Assembly: GCA_949358305.1 (NCBI GenBank) | Contig: OX442314.1 | Span: 24,428,001 to 24,492,000 of the forward strand | Reading direction: 5' to 3' | Length of the DNA: 64,000 bases | DNA from: Strigamia acuminata | Taxonomy: Eukaryota | Shown here: positions 1 through 15,064 of the stretch, piece by piece | Position numbering within the stretch: the stretch's first letter is position 1 | Layout of the letters: each line of letters starts with the position of its first letter | Notes under the pieces: model-generated | Told to the model about the DNA's origin: nothing | The model's input: only the letters and a program-made list of their open reading frames with translations | The model's database searches: none | Translations under genes and position numbers: made by a program

Positions 1-69
1 TGTAAATGTCTATTTTCAGTCTCTGTTGTACCGTACTTTTATTAAAAAAAATAGTGGGAAGTAATAGTA

Positions 70-797
70 GGCGCATTCGAAAAGTAATTTGCACTAAACG
101 ACCAGTGCAACTGGTAGTGTAAATTTCAAGTTAAACGACCCAATTTTCGAGTTTCAAAATAAATTTCTGTGTAAAATTCAGTCGTGTAAATTCAAGTGTA
201 AATATTAAATTAGTCCAAATAATAACCATAGTCATTATTGTTATTGTTGTTTACTCTAAAAAAAAAAACAGGAGATTATAAAAACATGATTATAAAATGT
301 AAATTTATTTTAATTATTTGTATTATTAATATTTATTTCGGGAATCGGCTGAACATCCGCCTCAATCGCACAAATGCGGCCGAACACCAGCCGCATTAGA
401 TCGCACAAACGCGGCCGAACGTCGGCCGAACGTCGGCCGCATTCGATTGTACAAATGCGGCCGAACGTCGGTCGAACGTCGGCCGTATTCGATCGTACAA
501 ATGCGGTCGAACATCGGTCGCATTCGATCGCAAGAATGCGGCTAATACCTGCTAAAAAATTGTTCTTGCGATCGACATCGTTCCAACCGATCTAACGAAA
601 ATCCAAGATGGCTGCCAGCAAGACCCGATTTCAACGAGAAAACTCGTTGCACGGAGATTTTAAACGGAAACGTGGCGTACAGGCCGTTTCCGTTTAACCA
701 GTTTACACGACATTTACACGAATTAATTCGTGTAAATGTCGTGTGAAAACGAGTGTAAACACGTTTACACTCGTTTTAATGACTTTTCGAATGCGCC
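70..797. mobile_element. Non-autonomous DNA transposon (about 730 bp) with TIRs and an internal GC-rich minisatellite; superfamily uncertain, possibly PIF/Harbinger-like
   Basis: Perfect 16-bp TIR GGCGCATTCGAAAAGT (70-85) / ACTTTTCGAATGCGCC (782-797), flanked by TA on both sides. Subterminal GTGTAAA motifs on the left and TTTACAC motifs on the right. Confidence 0.7.
345..545. repeat. GC-rich minisatellite with units of about 33-45 bp and an 11-bp GAACGTCGGCC subrepeat
   Basis: Repeated GCATTCGATCG(C/T)ACAAATGCGGCCGAACGTCGGCC-like units. The 374..595 ORF is a by-product of this repeat. Confidence 0.85.
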
Positions 798-1320
798 TAG
801 TGTGTATAGTTTGAAAGCAGCCAACGTTTTAACAACTTTCCCATGTGACTGTTCCTATTCACCCTCATTGTTCCTATCCACCCGGTTCTATGGTACTTGG
901 ATTGTAAATGCAAACATTTCCAGTAAGCAAATTTTTTGATTAGTTTTAAAAATTTACATTGAATTGGTAGTCCATGATTCGAAAAGCCCGTCAGTTATAT
1001 CGGACAAAAAAAACAAAAAAAAAACAAAGAATTTATCACTTGCAATTGGAAATACGAGCCGTAATGGCTTTTAAGATTGCCAGGCTTAACCCCAATATTT
1101 TACTTTGTCACCACAAGTAATCTAGTTAAGAGAAGAGAAATCTCTTAATCTACAAAAACCCTCCTAGAAAATGTAAAAAATAAATAAATAAATATATGTA
1201 AAAGTGTACTAAGAAAAAACAATTTAACACTTATCTTCAGTTTACGAAGAAGCCCCGATCTAAATCGAGCTTAAGAATATCGCGCGTATTACGAAACCCC
1301 TAATATTTGAATTACTTTTA

Positions 1321-1414
1321 TTGCCGAAAGAACTAGCCTGGAAATTGGAAACGAACCTCGTTTTCAATTGCCCAAACAGCTAGCCTGGAAATTGGAAACG
1401 AGCCTCGTTTTCAC
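1321..1414. repeat. 47-bp tandem duplication
   Basis: TTGCCGAAAGAACTAGCCTGGAAATTGGAAACGAACCTCGTTTTCAA followed directly by TTGCCCAAACAGCTAGCCTGGAAATTGGAAACGAGCCTCGTTTTCAC. Confidence 0.85.
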
Positions 1415-4400
1415 ATCCCACCATTCATTTCTAACAAAGTAAGTTTTATTTTGGTCTCTTGAGTAAAAGCCTTAAAACCACAGACATTAAATGTTCAAAA
1501 AAATCACCCAAATAAAAAAAAAAATCAAAGTTTAAGCATCGTTTTGTTGATGGTCGAATCTTTTTTCCCCCTCACCACAACGACTTATCGACGTACATTA
1601 ACACATGTTTCTCCTTTATCCTCCCCATTTTTTTCCAGCAATTTTAAAATAAAAAATAAAATAAAAAAATAAAAAATCGTGAGAAATATCGCGAAAATGC
1701 GTGATCATTTTTTTTCTAACGCTTTTTTTTTTTTTGCTTAGGTTTCAAGTACCTGCACTGCAGTTTCCCTTCAAATGCACTGATTACATTTTTTGGTGTT
1801 GGGTCCTCCACCATACTTCAAAGCAATAATTTTCCCAAAGTCTTATTATCACATGACTTGTTTTTTTTTTTGTTTTTTTTTTTGCCTTTCAACTCTTTCT
1901 CTTTTCATTCTGGTAATCCACACCACCAAACCAACTTCCATTTATTACGTTCAAGTCGAGTGTTTTTTGTGTATTCGTTGGACAGGAAATCATACACGAT
2001 GAGTGCTTACAGTCCAAATGTAAAAGCTTTTCATCAAATGAATAACAAAAGAAAAAATTATTGGTCAGAGAGAAAGAAAAAGAAAAAAAAAGTATTTTTT
2101 TTAAATACATACCGGTATGTCGAAAACAGACGTATGGGCTATTTTCACCGATTTCGATGGAAATGTTCACAGGAATCGGTGCAAATATCCTCGGCCTTAT
2201 TATTTTGAATCCTAAAAACAAAATATATTTTTGAGTTCAATAAAGAAAATTCATGGCGGCCATAATGCCATGTCATTGCTCACTGATACACGGCGGGCTG
2301 GCGGCCATGACTAATCTCTCATATAAGTTCAAGAAAATTTACAATTTGTGAATTGTCTCCCGAAGTCTTAAAAATTCACTAACCTTTCAATTTATGACGT
2401 CTTCGCATTCCTTTCCCGCTGAAATGCGACCCAAAATCACTTTTCCTGTGCCCGCATCGTCCCGACTTAAACCTTTCGGAATATTCAGTGGAGCCACATC
2501 GCGGTGAATTATTCTATTTACAAAATAGCGCTGTAGAACATATGGAGTGATTAATCGATTTAAAAACGTATTAAATCCACTATATTTATTGTACCGTATT
2601 CAAACAAAATGACACTTTCGTGTAACGAGAGCCCTATTTTAACAATAACCAACAAACAGAAATAAAAATTATTCATGAACGGAGATCAGCTCGTGTCTTG
2701 GCCGCGGGACCCACGCCTAGCTCGGCCCAGACAGAACTCGATCTCCGTAAAAGCAAAATACAGCAAAAAGGAAATGAATTCAGACTCGAGCAAGATCCAC
2801 CACATTAATACAACTTTTTCAGGTCCTATAATATCATTAAACTATTATTTTGTAAACTTTACCATCCTTTATGAAAATCAATTCACCCATAAAAATTTCA
2901 GTTACGACATAAAAGCAGCATGAGGTGACCTTTTTATACACGAAGCCATCCACTTCAAACTTCAATCTGTTGACGAAGAGCCGCCTTTGTCACGGATGAG
3001 TGCACAAATAAAAGCTCAAGCTCATCTTCGGCGGGGCCCACGACCAAACATCCACACAGGATCAGGGGTGACCACGTCACAGCTTTTACAGGAGACAATT
3101 GCGGATTTACGATCCCTCTTCTCTTTCACTCCAGCCGAGACATTGAATGACAGCGATACATCAGCCGTGTGTCCATCTGCACTTCAACTATAGATGTGAT
3201 TGGAATGGGTTGGGTGCCTCCATTTAGAAGCATGGCAGGCGTGTCGTGGTCATCAACCATTTTAAATGCTGATTAATGAGACTTGCTTTGCAGCGAAGCC
3301 GATTCTTTCTTCCTTTTACGGCATCCTGCAATCTAAGTCGTAAAAGGTCGCATCACCCAATGTTTATCCGTTGTATTAATGCGGTCGTCAAACTTCCTCT
3401 TCTTCTTCTCCAGCCTTAATTTACGACGCGGAAAAGGCAATTCACTTTCAACACCAAAATACTATTACTGAACAACATAAAAATACGGAAGGAAAAAAAG
3501 TTTTTAAAAAAAATTGTTATTATTATTGTTTTCTTATGTAAATAAATGGAAGATAATGAACCCTGACTACGAAATGAGTGCATTAAAACAGACCCGAGTT
3601 TTAAAAGCCAACGGAAGTATTTATACGTTAGTACAGTGCACATTTGTACTTGCTGTCGAGTTTGTCAACGGCTTAAAAATGGACTGTAGCTGCTAATGGC
3701 AGCAACGCACCCACATACATTAGGGGTGTATTAAGAAAATGGAGCAATTGCAGTGATGGCATTGTAAGACGAGCGAGTTGTTGTTTCTTTAAGAATGCAC
3801 TTTGTATTGTTAGAAAATTCGCAATAAAGTGAAGTAACGTTATTGCTAATCTACAGTATGTACAAAAAAATCGTTTTATAACCAATATTTCACCAAAAAA
3901 TGTACAATAAACTAATGTGTATAATTACAATCAAACTGACAAGGAAATTTTGTTTTGTCTATCTACACAGTAAAACAGATTCAATTTCTTTGTTTTGTCT
4001 ACTGGGGTTCCTTTGTTATGGGTTTGCGTTTTCAAATGGCGTCTAAGGTAACTCGAAGAATTGGATTTTTCCACATGTAACTTAAACTGATCTCGTTTGT
4101 CAGCAATTATTACTGCACTCATTATTAAAACTCCTATTAAAGTAGCATAACTCAACAACCTAATCGTCTTTTGGATGACTCAGACAACAAAAAACGCTTC
4201 ATCTAACAACAAGACAATATATCAACCATAACCATTGACCATTTTTGGATGTACTGAACACTTGCAGAAGAATAGTAAGTAGAAAATTTAAAAACTGATC
4301 AAGAAAGGACTCCCTCACTTCCTCCAAAAATCGTAAGAAATGTGTCTCATTGCCGTTCTATGCAAATTGTTTCAACATTTCAAAGAAGACAGACAATAGA

Positions 4401-7400
4401 CAAATGAAGCTGAGCTCATCTCTAGCAAAACTAAATTAAAGAACGTTAGATCCGAGTCTGCAAATTGCTCTTAGCCGTTGAAAACGAGGTGCCAAACAAA
4501 CGTACAGATTAGTTTCTATATATATACGTGATAGTTTCCGTGCTCGCCTCCTTTCTGAATGCATTGCAACTCATTTTGCAAGGCAAATTTGTATGAAGTC
4601 AAATTAAGCGAGCGGCACATTGAAAATCAGCACGATCGAAATTAGGTCGCACGAACCCATTAATTTTTCAATAAGATCCCTCATTTATGTTTGCAAAATT
4701 CCAATTTTGAATAGAATAAAAAGTAGAAAAAAAAAAATAGCGCTTTGTAAACAAACTGGAAGAAATAATTTATTGATAATATAAAAAAAGAAAAGAAAAA
4801 TCAAATATTTGTCCGTCCGATTTAAATCACAAATGTTTATAAGAGGAGAAAATGTTGCATCTACTTTTGGAATATTTATCGAGTGAATAGCGAAGTACAC
4901 TTTATCTTCTTACATCTAAGTCCCTCAAGCAGTGGATCTTTTTTTTTCATTTTTTTTCATTTTTTATTTGTATTTACTTTTTCTTTTTCTAAAAATTGTT
5001 AGCAGCGAGCCTTGCTTGGTGTAGAAAGAGAGGTTGCGTTTCATTTTTCATAAGCTGGCTTCGAGGCACGTCGTGCGCGATAACTTATAAAATATAAAAT
5101 TTCACTGCATTCGTGGCTAGTACTCATCAACCGAATTGAAACAAAGGATTTGAAATAAGGACAGCAATAACGCTGGACTTGTTGGTTGTGTTTTATTTTT
5201 CTTATTTCTTTCTAAGTGCAATTTATTTTGCTTTAAAAATGCATGGTATGTTTGTTTATCTCAACTTTTCTTGAAATTACCCCGTGAGAATTGTATATAT
5301 CCACGTTGCATACGAGTTCAAATCATCTCAAGGACATGTCTGAGATTTCGAGATGTTCGTGCAAGGCGGTGTATAGGACATCCTGTGGACATTCTGCTTC
5401 GTGCGTAATCCCTTTAAGTTTTAATGTTACGTACATTGTAAATCCAATTTATAAACGGTCAAGTTCCGAGAATATCACACTCTCGTATGTTCTCCTGGAA
5501 ACCCTGATTTGGTTTGTTAAGCTCTCAAAGCATAAAACTAAATGCTTTTTCGTCGGTCCGGACATAAAGTGGTCTGTTTTGAATTTTGGGAATCACTAGA
5601 ACAGTGAGAACAGCTTTAAGACACACTATTAACCCCATTTATTAACGCTGCAATTCAAAACAGTTACACAACATTATTATTTACTTTTATTTATTTTTAT
5701 TCTTCGTCAACAGCGCAGTCCGAAACTGTCGGTCAGCAAATATCAAAATAAAGCATGAGTCTAGACATCAAAACCAACAAAGAGTAAACTCCAATCAAAT
5801 AAACACAGTGTCAGTTCATTAGGTTGAAAATAAACCAGCCTGTAGACCGAATGGCTAGAGGAAATCACCGTACTGTAGTTCGCCATTTTTACACAGCACT
5901 GGTACACATCCTGCGCTATAAAAGATGCACTACAAAAGGCAGCGAAGGCAGGGAGTATCTATGAAAGGATATCTCGACAATAAAAACTCTTTGAGGAGTA
6001 CCAGTTCAAAAAGACTTAGTCTTTATATGAGCTCCCATTCCAATAATAATACTTGTAATAATAATATTTTGTGTACACTATTGCAAATAAAATATAATAG
6101 TGTACAAAAGATTGGTCAATGTTTGAACTGTTTATATCTATTCGCCTAAATTCCACTTTCATCTCACTCACTTCCATTACATAGATTGGATTAGAGATTT
6201 TTTTGAGAATCATCAACGGCCAGCAAACGAAATCTTCAAAATGAGATAACATTTTCTATGATTTTTCTAAAATTAAAGTGTAACAACAAACTTTTGGTGC
6301 TGCATCCATTCTACCTGCATTACTGTAAAATAATGCTGCTAATGTAGTGACAATCCCTAAGTGGACCATTAATCCACAGTACCTGGTGCCAAAAATGGTC
6401 ATAAATGCAGCTGACAGTCCAAAAAGTAAGAATTAACACCTCCGTTGACCTTTGCTTATATTCTAACAAATTTCTAACATTTCGTTTGTGATTTGTAGAA
6501 ATAATACTCCCTGAACAAATGTTATTTGTAGCAAACACAAACGTGAGCCATCATAAGAAGAGAGGAAAAGTTTCACCTCTTTTGATCGATCGATTATTTT
6601 CTTAGTGGCACAAAATGATGTGTATGAGTGTGGACACAGCAGAACTCGAGTTCACACGTGGGAAAACCAAACAAAATGGAAAAATAAACCGCAAATTCTA
6701 ATTTCATTACTCAGTACAGTATTGTTTTCGCAATTAAGCATCATTTGTTACTTCGAACAGTGTGTCTGTCCCCTTTAAATTTTCTTGTTTAGTTAAGAAT
6801 CAATACGTCCTAATTAATTTGTTCATACCTTGCTTTAGAAAACCGATGAAATATGGATGACAAAATGTTTATTCAGACAAAAATCTATTTGTTTCATTTT
6901 AAAATGCAAACATTTCACAATAGTAACATGATGAAGAAGCCAATAAACATTTGTAATAATGCAATTCTTCGTGCACTGCATTTTTATACACTGACATTAC
7001 GGTAGAGATATCTAAACGTCTGAAAGACGTCAATGGAATATGACTTGTTGGCAGAATAAGATGATTGGAAATTCAATATTTCATTTGAATTTCTCACATT
7101 AAAAAAAAAATTAATTATAAGAAAACAATTTCTTTTTTAAAAGTACCAAATAAGATTTGAATTCCCGATTAAAACATTATAAATTGTAATAAACAGGATA
7201 ATAAATTGAAATTGGAAGAAAAGAGCGGAAATTAATAAGAAAATGGCGAAATAAATCTACCATCAACACTTTTACCGATTAATCGACACCTAGTACTTAA
7301 ATTAATAAATTAATAAAAGTTTATAAAAGTTCTTTGTTCTTGATTACGTATGTAAATGCTATTTGATAGCAATTAGTCACTGATGATGTGATGTTAGTGA

Positions 7401-7991
7401 GCCGACATCAGCGTAGTCAGTTGGCAATGGATAACATAACAGGGCGAGTTGGTTGGGAACAGCCTGAAGGTCTCTTTACTGCCAACCTGAATTAGATAGC
7501 CACTAATGCTATTCGACCCGCACCGCACAACGTTTGGCATCCACGCTGTTGTGTAATGACATTAGATGAACCTGCTACTTAAAAGACGAAAAAAGCACAC
7601 AAAAATACATGATGTATTTACACAAGTTTTTAAAATAATCTGTACTCTAGTTTTTTACTCAGAGATGCAGTAGAACGTCGATCATCCGAACTAACCGGGA
7701 GACAAATCTGTTCGTAAAACCGATTTGTGTTTATGTACATACAGTACATGCAAAAAATCATTTTCTATGTTTACGAGTATTTAATGAATGTGCTCCGAAC
7801 ACATACCACTCGAACGTACTTGTCTAAACAAAAAAAAATTCAGTTTAATTAGAGAATTTCCTACTCGGCGCATGTACGATCACCGCTGTTCGAATATCCC
7901 AAATGAAAAAATATTATAGGGTATTCTTATAGTAATAACCTATGGAGTGTACTATAATATTTTGGAACAAAACATCATAGTACACCCTAAA

Positions 7992-8066
7992 GTATGGTAT
8001 CCTATAGTGTATACCCATATGGTTCCCTATAGTATGTACTTATATGGTACCCTATAGTGTATACCG
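7992..8066. repeat. Tandem repeat of about 25 bp (TATGGTACCCTATAGTGTATACCCA-like, 3 copies)
   Basis: Three diverged copies of TATGGT..CCTATAGT.T.TAC. Related degenerate motifs extend back to about 7900. Confidence 0.7.
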
Positions 8067-11000
8067 GTTATAACTGGTCTTTCACTTAACCGAAGTACCA
8101 ATAATTGAAGTTTTATTGCACAACATTTATTATGACTCACATCTCCTTTTGGCAAAACCCTCACAAACATCAAATACGACTAAGTCAAATACTGAGAATT
8201 TACTGAAGGGGAGAAGAGAATTAAAAGAGTGAAGTAGGCACAAATGGCAATCAACTTGTCACAAGATTCAAACAAACAAGTCGTGCTGATAATTAGATAA
8301 ATAACCGAAAGCTTACGGGGGATTTTGCAGGTGCGCGTTTTCACCTCTTCTTCTTTCCTAATCATCTTCAAAAAAAAAAAAATAAAATGGTTAAAAAAAT
8401 TACAACATTACACCATTAGAATAACATTTATAATAAAAAAAAATGATGGGTGATAAATGTACTAACCCTCATTAATTTGCATTACTTCAACGGATAAAAT
8501 AAACAAGAAAAATAGAAGAAAGAGTGTTTACCATAAACGCGAGTCACAATAATAAGCTGCGACACGATTTATCGTTTTCGGTTATGAAAGCTACAAGATG
8601 GATAGTTTTAATCAATTTTTGGTCCACCGCACAAGGTGAGGGCCCTGCGAGAGACTTGTATCTTTGCACGCAACTTGTTACCATCATCTACTATTCACTT
8701 AGTTATGGACGAGCATGGAAATAATAAAATCCTGAATAACACTGAATAATTACATCTTTAAGTAGGTGGGTTAAAGCGTAACCCAAGAGAAAAGTAAGTA
8801 ATAAATAATTTTAGCAGAAGACATAATTTTAAAAGTGTCGTATTACAATGAATTCACCCATACATAAATGCAGGGTGTTTTTAGCAAGTGTTTTTATTAT
8901 TTTTTTCCAGTAAATTAAAAAAACTATCGCAGATTGTGTTCACAAATCTAGAGTAAACATGGGATGGTCAATTCATTAAGCTGCAATTAAGTGAAACACA
9001 CCTTGTATATCTAGTTTTTGTGAATGTAATACCAATGCCATCTCGTGGTGTATATTTTGTGATTTTGTTTCTTGAGATTATTTTTTCTATAAATTAAATA
9101 TAAATTGAAAAAGAAAATGTGTTAAGAGAAAAATAAAATGAAAACTTAATTGTTGTTTATTTTCTTCTTTTTTTCAATTATATTTTTTTAAGTTAGAAAA
9201 AAATAAAACAATTTATTCTTCAATTAAAATTGAAAAACAAGATTTAATGAAAATTTAATAATAGTTTGCTGCTTTTAATCAAAATCGTTGTTTTTATTTC
9301 CAAAGTTCTCTAAACTCAGTTACATTGAAGGCAATCTGCAATGATCATCCATAAACAAAATTTCTACCATACATGCATGATATTCTTTTGTTCACTCAGC
9401 ATAATACCAAAACTTCTTAAGATTTCCCAATTCGACTTATTTTTAACTTTAAATTATACATGTCAAAAAGAATATACATGAAGTGTATATCTAGCAAAAG
9501 ATACATCAATTGCAGTTGCTAGGCAACCAATGTCTAAAAAGAATCTTTGATCACCCCAAACACAACCTACACAACTTCACATATCCAACTCTATATTCCA
9601 ACACTTTTATTCCTCATAAATGGCAACAACAAAACCATAAACAATTGATTAGCTTTTACGCTCGTATCTGCAATCCAAATCTTTGTTCGCTAATAATTGC
9701 CCAATCAAACAGAAATGAGCATTCAATATGCGCAAACTAAATTCAATAAAAGCCCAATTTATAATTGTACGATTATCTCGTACACGTAGTCGATGGATTA
9801 GATAGATAACCCAAGTTAGGCCTATGAAATATACCATACGAAAAGAGAGTGAAATGCTTTTTCTATTAGTGCTTAAAGCAAGTTGGTGGCTTTATAAACT
9901 TTAAGTCATCATAAAAAATTCATTTAGCCATCTGTGGTTTTTAGTGTCTGAGCTGCATCGGTCGACGGTGGCAAACTATCTTTCTTTTTGCTAGTCGCAG
10001 TTTCAAATTCTTCGGCCAGCCCACGCGTCCGGACTTTGAACGACTCTCCACTGACCACTAAAAGAAAAGTCCACTGGGAACTGCCAAAGCTTTTCGACAA
10101 CTTCTTAGCAAGTTGGCATGGGAAAATGTCAGCTCTCAGTTCACCGCTGTAGACCCGATCGATATTTCTGTCACGAGCATCGTGTATACCAACACTCGAT
10201 CAATTAGTCGATGTTTCAAATCTTCAATCGGAGTGAGTGAATGAGCAATCTTATCTAGACAGTGCACTCGTGACTTGTGGCTAACCAAAACAAAATCAAT
10301 CCTTCACGTTTGAAATGATAATAGATCAATTTTAAGATTGCATCCTATATTTTTATATATATACGTGCATTTTTGGAAAAAAATCTAAACCAAAATCCAA
10401 AAGAAAAAGAAAATTTAGTTTTGAACCGATTGCTTCCTAATGAAATAAGTTTCAGCAATTTTTCTCATCTCGGCGTCTTAAATTGGATTTGTGAATGAAA
10501 TTCAATTTATTTGTTAGTTGAGATACCGTACAGTGTCCTGAGTTAAAACTGTAACAAAATGTAAGATTTATTTACATAGTTTTTGGTGTTTTACAAAAAC
10601 AGAAACACACCTAACTCAAGGCCTAACATCATGAATGAAAGACCATTTAGTCTTTGTGCCTAGTTTAGTTTATTTTGTGGAAATTCTTCCATTTTGAACA
10701 AATTATTTATTTATTACTTCAATTTACTTGCCTGTTTGAACACAATTATCCTTTTAGTCACGTTTTTTGGTGGTGGATCAAAATAAGTAGAAGCCATTTT
10801 GAATTTGGCTGTACAAATCAAAATCAGGCATAAAACACTTCAAAAACCAGTCTAATTGTGGTTTCTGACTTGTTTTTGCATTTTTTTTTGGTGATGATTT
10901 ATCGCTTTTTCCGCACATTCTGTTTATTCTGTTTAAAAACAACAAAAACAGAAAAAGTTTGAATTCTGCCCGTTTTAAATCTTCCACTAAAATAACAGAC

Positions 11001-14000
11001 GAGTTTTTGCAGACGCATCAGCAGACTGTTTGCACTGACATTACGCTACCGTATCCCATACAAATGGTGCCCAAAGCACAGCCTGCACCTGCATCTAAGG
11101 AAAATGACCGAAAGACAAAACCAATACTCACACCACGCATGACAATATGCATTTTAAAATCATTAAAAGATTACATCATTCCCAAATTTATAATTTTCTC
11201 CTACACAATGTTCTCTTCAACCTCTTTGTGAATTAGCATGACTAGAACAAACAGAAAACACCATCGAGCTAAGGCGCAAATTTGTCATTTACATTTAACC
11301 AAAACACATTACCAAAGTCAAATTGTTTTTCGGCACAATGACATTTCCCTATTTGATTATTGAATGCAAATGAATAATCGTGCATAGCAACTAAATCGTG
11401 AATAGATTTAAAGATATTGATCAAAACCTTCTATTCAAGAACAAGAGACAGGGTACAATGAATTCCCCATCCGCACCGTTTACTTTTCGCCTGAGTCGGC
11501 GTCGAAAGCTCTGGCGGTCGGCTGTCTTAAGCTTTGGTTAAATTCGATCTCTGTCGGCAGAGCAAACAGCATTGAGAACCACCAGTGGAGTTGTGACGCG
11601 AACGGATCGATCTCACGTTTTAAGTTTTCTGCGGGTTCAAGGTATACTCGAGAGGCTCCGTCTAAATCCTCACCAATCCTTTGCCCCTGATCGACGCTAA
11701 AAAGATGCCTTGCCAGACCTTTGTGCAGTAATCACCCTTGCCAATGCTCCAGCAGTCGCCCTGCAAGCTTACGATTAATCACCCGTACACATTACGCTAG
11801 AAATGAATTCCATTTGTTTGCTCCGTGGAATATGAAAAGACTTGCAAATCCCCCCAAACACCAAACTGAAATGTGTGCTCGCTTTAATACAGAAACTCAC
11901 TTATAAGATCAAAGAACTGTAAAAAGATATTTACTTTAGAAACTCAAACGTGTTGAATTGAGCAGTGATTAATGCCGATATTCGCTCTACACTAAATCAC
12001 ATTTTGAATGCAGCGAATAGATGCGGCGCGATAATAAAAATTCATTTACTTCGTCTGAAAGCCTAATGAGAATTGGCAAAACGCTCGCAATGCCTGAATT
12101 GCGGCTCCTGGGTGATCTTATTGCTCGGCGTACAAACACACAACACGTAGCGAAATTTGACTATTTCCGCACCGATTGTGTGACGTTAATGTCGTCGCAC
12201 GCCGTCAACAGTATCGATCGCACGTCGAAGAAGTCGTTTCAATTCCGGCAGCGTGTTTAATAATATTTTAATTAAAAGGATTGGTTTTAATTTGTTGGCA
12301 GTATTGACCTTGATTGCACCCCGACTCGGCTTTTAACGCGCTCGTAGCCACCTTTTATGAGTTGCAATATTTATTTTATCTGCACTACGCAACGGAAAAC
12401 AAAAGAGAGGAAGAGATATGGCGTCCATTTGTTTTTTTAGTGCGTTGCATTTGGCCTTTCACTTTTGGTCGTGTCCTGAGGTGTCTGCAAACAAAAGCAG
12501 TGGACAACATGATAGGGTGTCCCCCAGGAAATCATGGCTTGACACGTGAGAGCAGATTACACAACCGAGTCCATTTCCCCAGACAATTGCATATTACTCA
12601 CTCATACTCTGCGCACCGAAAGAAACAGAGAGAAAAAATGAAAAGATGGTATCAAAACATGTTATTGTTTACACTACAAACGTACTAAAAGAAATCATCG
12701 TGTTGTGCAACTTCCTTTTAGGAGTGCAGAAAATAAAATAAAAGCCAGTTTGTCTTGAAATTCTGCGCATGGAAGTGCATGTCCCCTTTTTTCTGCTCCA
12801 TCTTTTCGAGTTGGCGTGACGTATGTTTTCTCTCTGTTCTTATCTCTCTTTTGCTTTCTCTTCGAGTCATTTGATGAATAATTACTTGGAAACGGAGGTC
12901 TAGAAAAAATCCTTGCTCAAAAGTTCAGTTCACAATAAGACCTCGAAGGCAGGATGGCGTGATAAGAGTCGAGTGGAGAAACAGAGAGGAAAAAAATCAT
13001 TTGGTTCGTGACAATGAAACTCTTTGATTTATGGCAGCCGTGCAACCTGTCACTTATTATACTTACTGACGCACCGGAACCCAATTTTCACCTGTGCCTA
13101 TTTTTTACACGAGTCAAAATAAATAAAACAAGCTTGTTTATGTATCCTTATCACAGAAAAGTTGATTGACACGATAAGTGCACTTTGTGGATGTTGAATT
13201 TGATGATGTGCAAATTAAAATTCGATATTCGTTTTTATTTCGCGACGTGGTGCGGAATTTCAATCACCAAAATTCCAAATACGAATTAAAATTTGAATAG
13301 GAATTTTCTATACGTATAAATTGTATCGACATCTAGAATTTAAATCGACTAAAAAGTATAAAAATACGATGAAACAAATTTGAAAAAAAAAAATGAAATA
13401 AAAAAAAGAGTTGGGATATAAATATCAAGTAAATTAGGACGGGAAAAAAAGGTTCATTTTGTGGGAAGATTAAAAAAAATTCTATCAATTTTTATCGACA
13501 CTTAAAAAGCATCTCAAATGCGAACCTAAAACACCATGTTCAATTCAATTTGATGCTACTCATTTGGCCAAAACAGTGCCGTTCTCAAATCCCATCAAGA
13601 AAAGAAGGAAAAGAACCACTTAGAAAAAAATATATATATATATAATAATAATAAAAAAAACCAAAAAAAAAATACAGTAATTGTGTAACACTAAGAAATA
13701 AACGGAAATAAAGAGAGCGAAGCCTTCAAACTTAATTACCGAGTTTCAATAGCTCACTTCCTCGCTCTGTTGTTGATGAAAAATTTCACAATACCGAAAT
13801 AAAAACAAAAAGAAACGCGTACAATGCAGTGTTTTGCCAGTCGGTGATTTTCCTAACGCAGATCCTTTTATAAATCGAATTATAAATTTTGTTGCAGTGT
13901 GCTTTTCCGTGTTAGGCGAACACATAACCCAAGAAGTAGATTTTGAAAAACGATTGCATAAACATCCGAGGCATAGAATACGAAATGGAGGCCCGCGCAT

Positions 14001-14880
14001 GCGCTAATATCGTTGAGTAGCTCGGCTGAGCTCTCTATGTTGGTCTATTTGTTAAACAGCACGCAGTGATAAAAACTTTTTTATTGCACCTCTAGCAGGC
14101 GAGCTCCAGTCGACGAAGATTGCTAAACGTAGCTATTAACGCCACAGGATACGAGTTGCACCGACACATGCCCACCAAATACCATATTAGCACCACCAAT
14201 TCCATTTAAAAGAAAAATATAAAACCCCCCTCTCTTCACAACACAACCCTGCTAATCACTAACCCCCCTACCACCTCCCTAATTCCTCTATATACCTTTA
14301 CGACACCTGCTTTTCCACACTTTGTTTTACGGATTTATTTATTGCCATCACTTACGTTAGTCACCATTTATGTTTTATATCGAAAGTACTGAACTTTTGT
14401 TTTCTTTGTACAAGTCGGGCATTGAAAACTGTTTTTGAGAATCTGTGGTCCGGCGTGGTTAATATTTAATTTCTGTAATTTTTTTGGACTTTTCTGTGTC
14501 AATAAAAATCTAAAAAAAAAAAAAATGCCATTATTGTTTCGTTTTTTCTTGTGTTTTGGTTTTAAAAGTTATTACACGTAAGCAGTGCACTCAAAAGTTT
14601 GTTTTTCCTGTTCATATTGACTGAATGGACACAAAAAACAGACATATGCCAATATCAAAAACTGCAAAACAGGAACTACGAATAGAGTGATTTTTTTCAA
14701 GTGGTTGATAAATGTTTTTGGCTGTCACAAGCAAATTCAAAATGGCTGCCACACAAGTTACAACAGGCGTCAAACTTACAAACTCTTACAAAGCTTGTCA
14801 CCTGGTTTAAAATAACAATTAAAAATAAAAATAAAATAAAATATGCGATTATTAATTTATTCCCCTACTCGAAAATAGTA

Positions 14881-15064
14881 CACTCAAAACTCTTTATAAC
14901 GAATCGCCAGGAACCCAAAAAATCGATTCGTTATAACGAGAATTCGTTATATCAAAATTTTTTAACATGGTGTTCTATGGCTAGCCAACCAAACCGACTA
15001 CTTTTAGGTATTCGTTATATCGATAATTCGTTAAATCGCGATTCGTTATAAAGAGTTTCGACTG
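14881..15064. mobile_element. pogo/Tigger-like Tc1/mariner MITE (family A, 184 bp)
   Basis: 26-bp TIR CACTCAAAACTCTTTATAACGAATCG / CGATTCGTTATAAAGAGTTTCGACTG (2 mismatches), TA on both sides, internal CGTTATA subrepeats. A partial inverted copy starts at 27668. Confidence 0.85.

Noticed and set aside
345..545. CRISPR-like repeat array or 73-aa repeat protein
   Set aside because: No unique spacers, no cas genes and a eukaryotic context. It is a minisatellite inside a TIR element.
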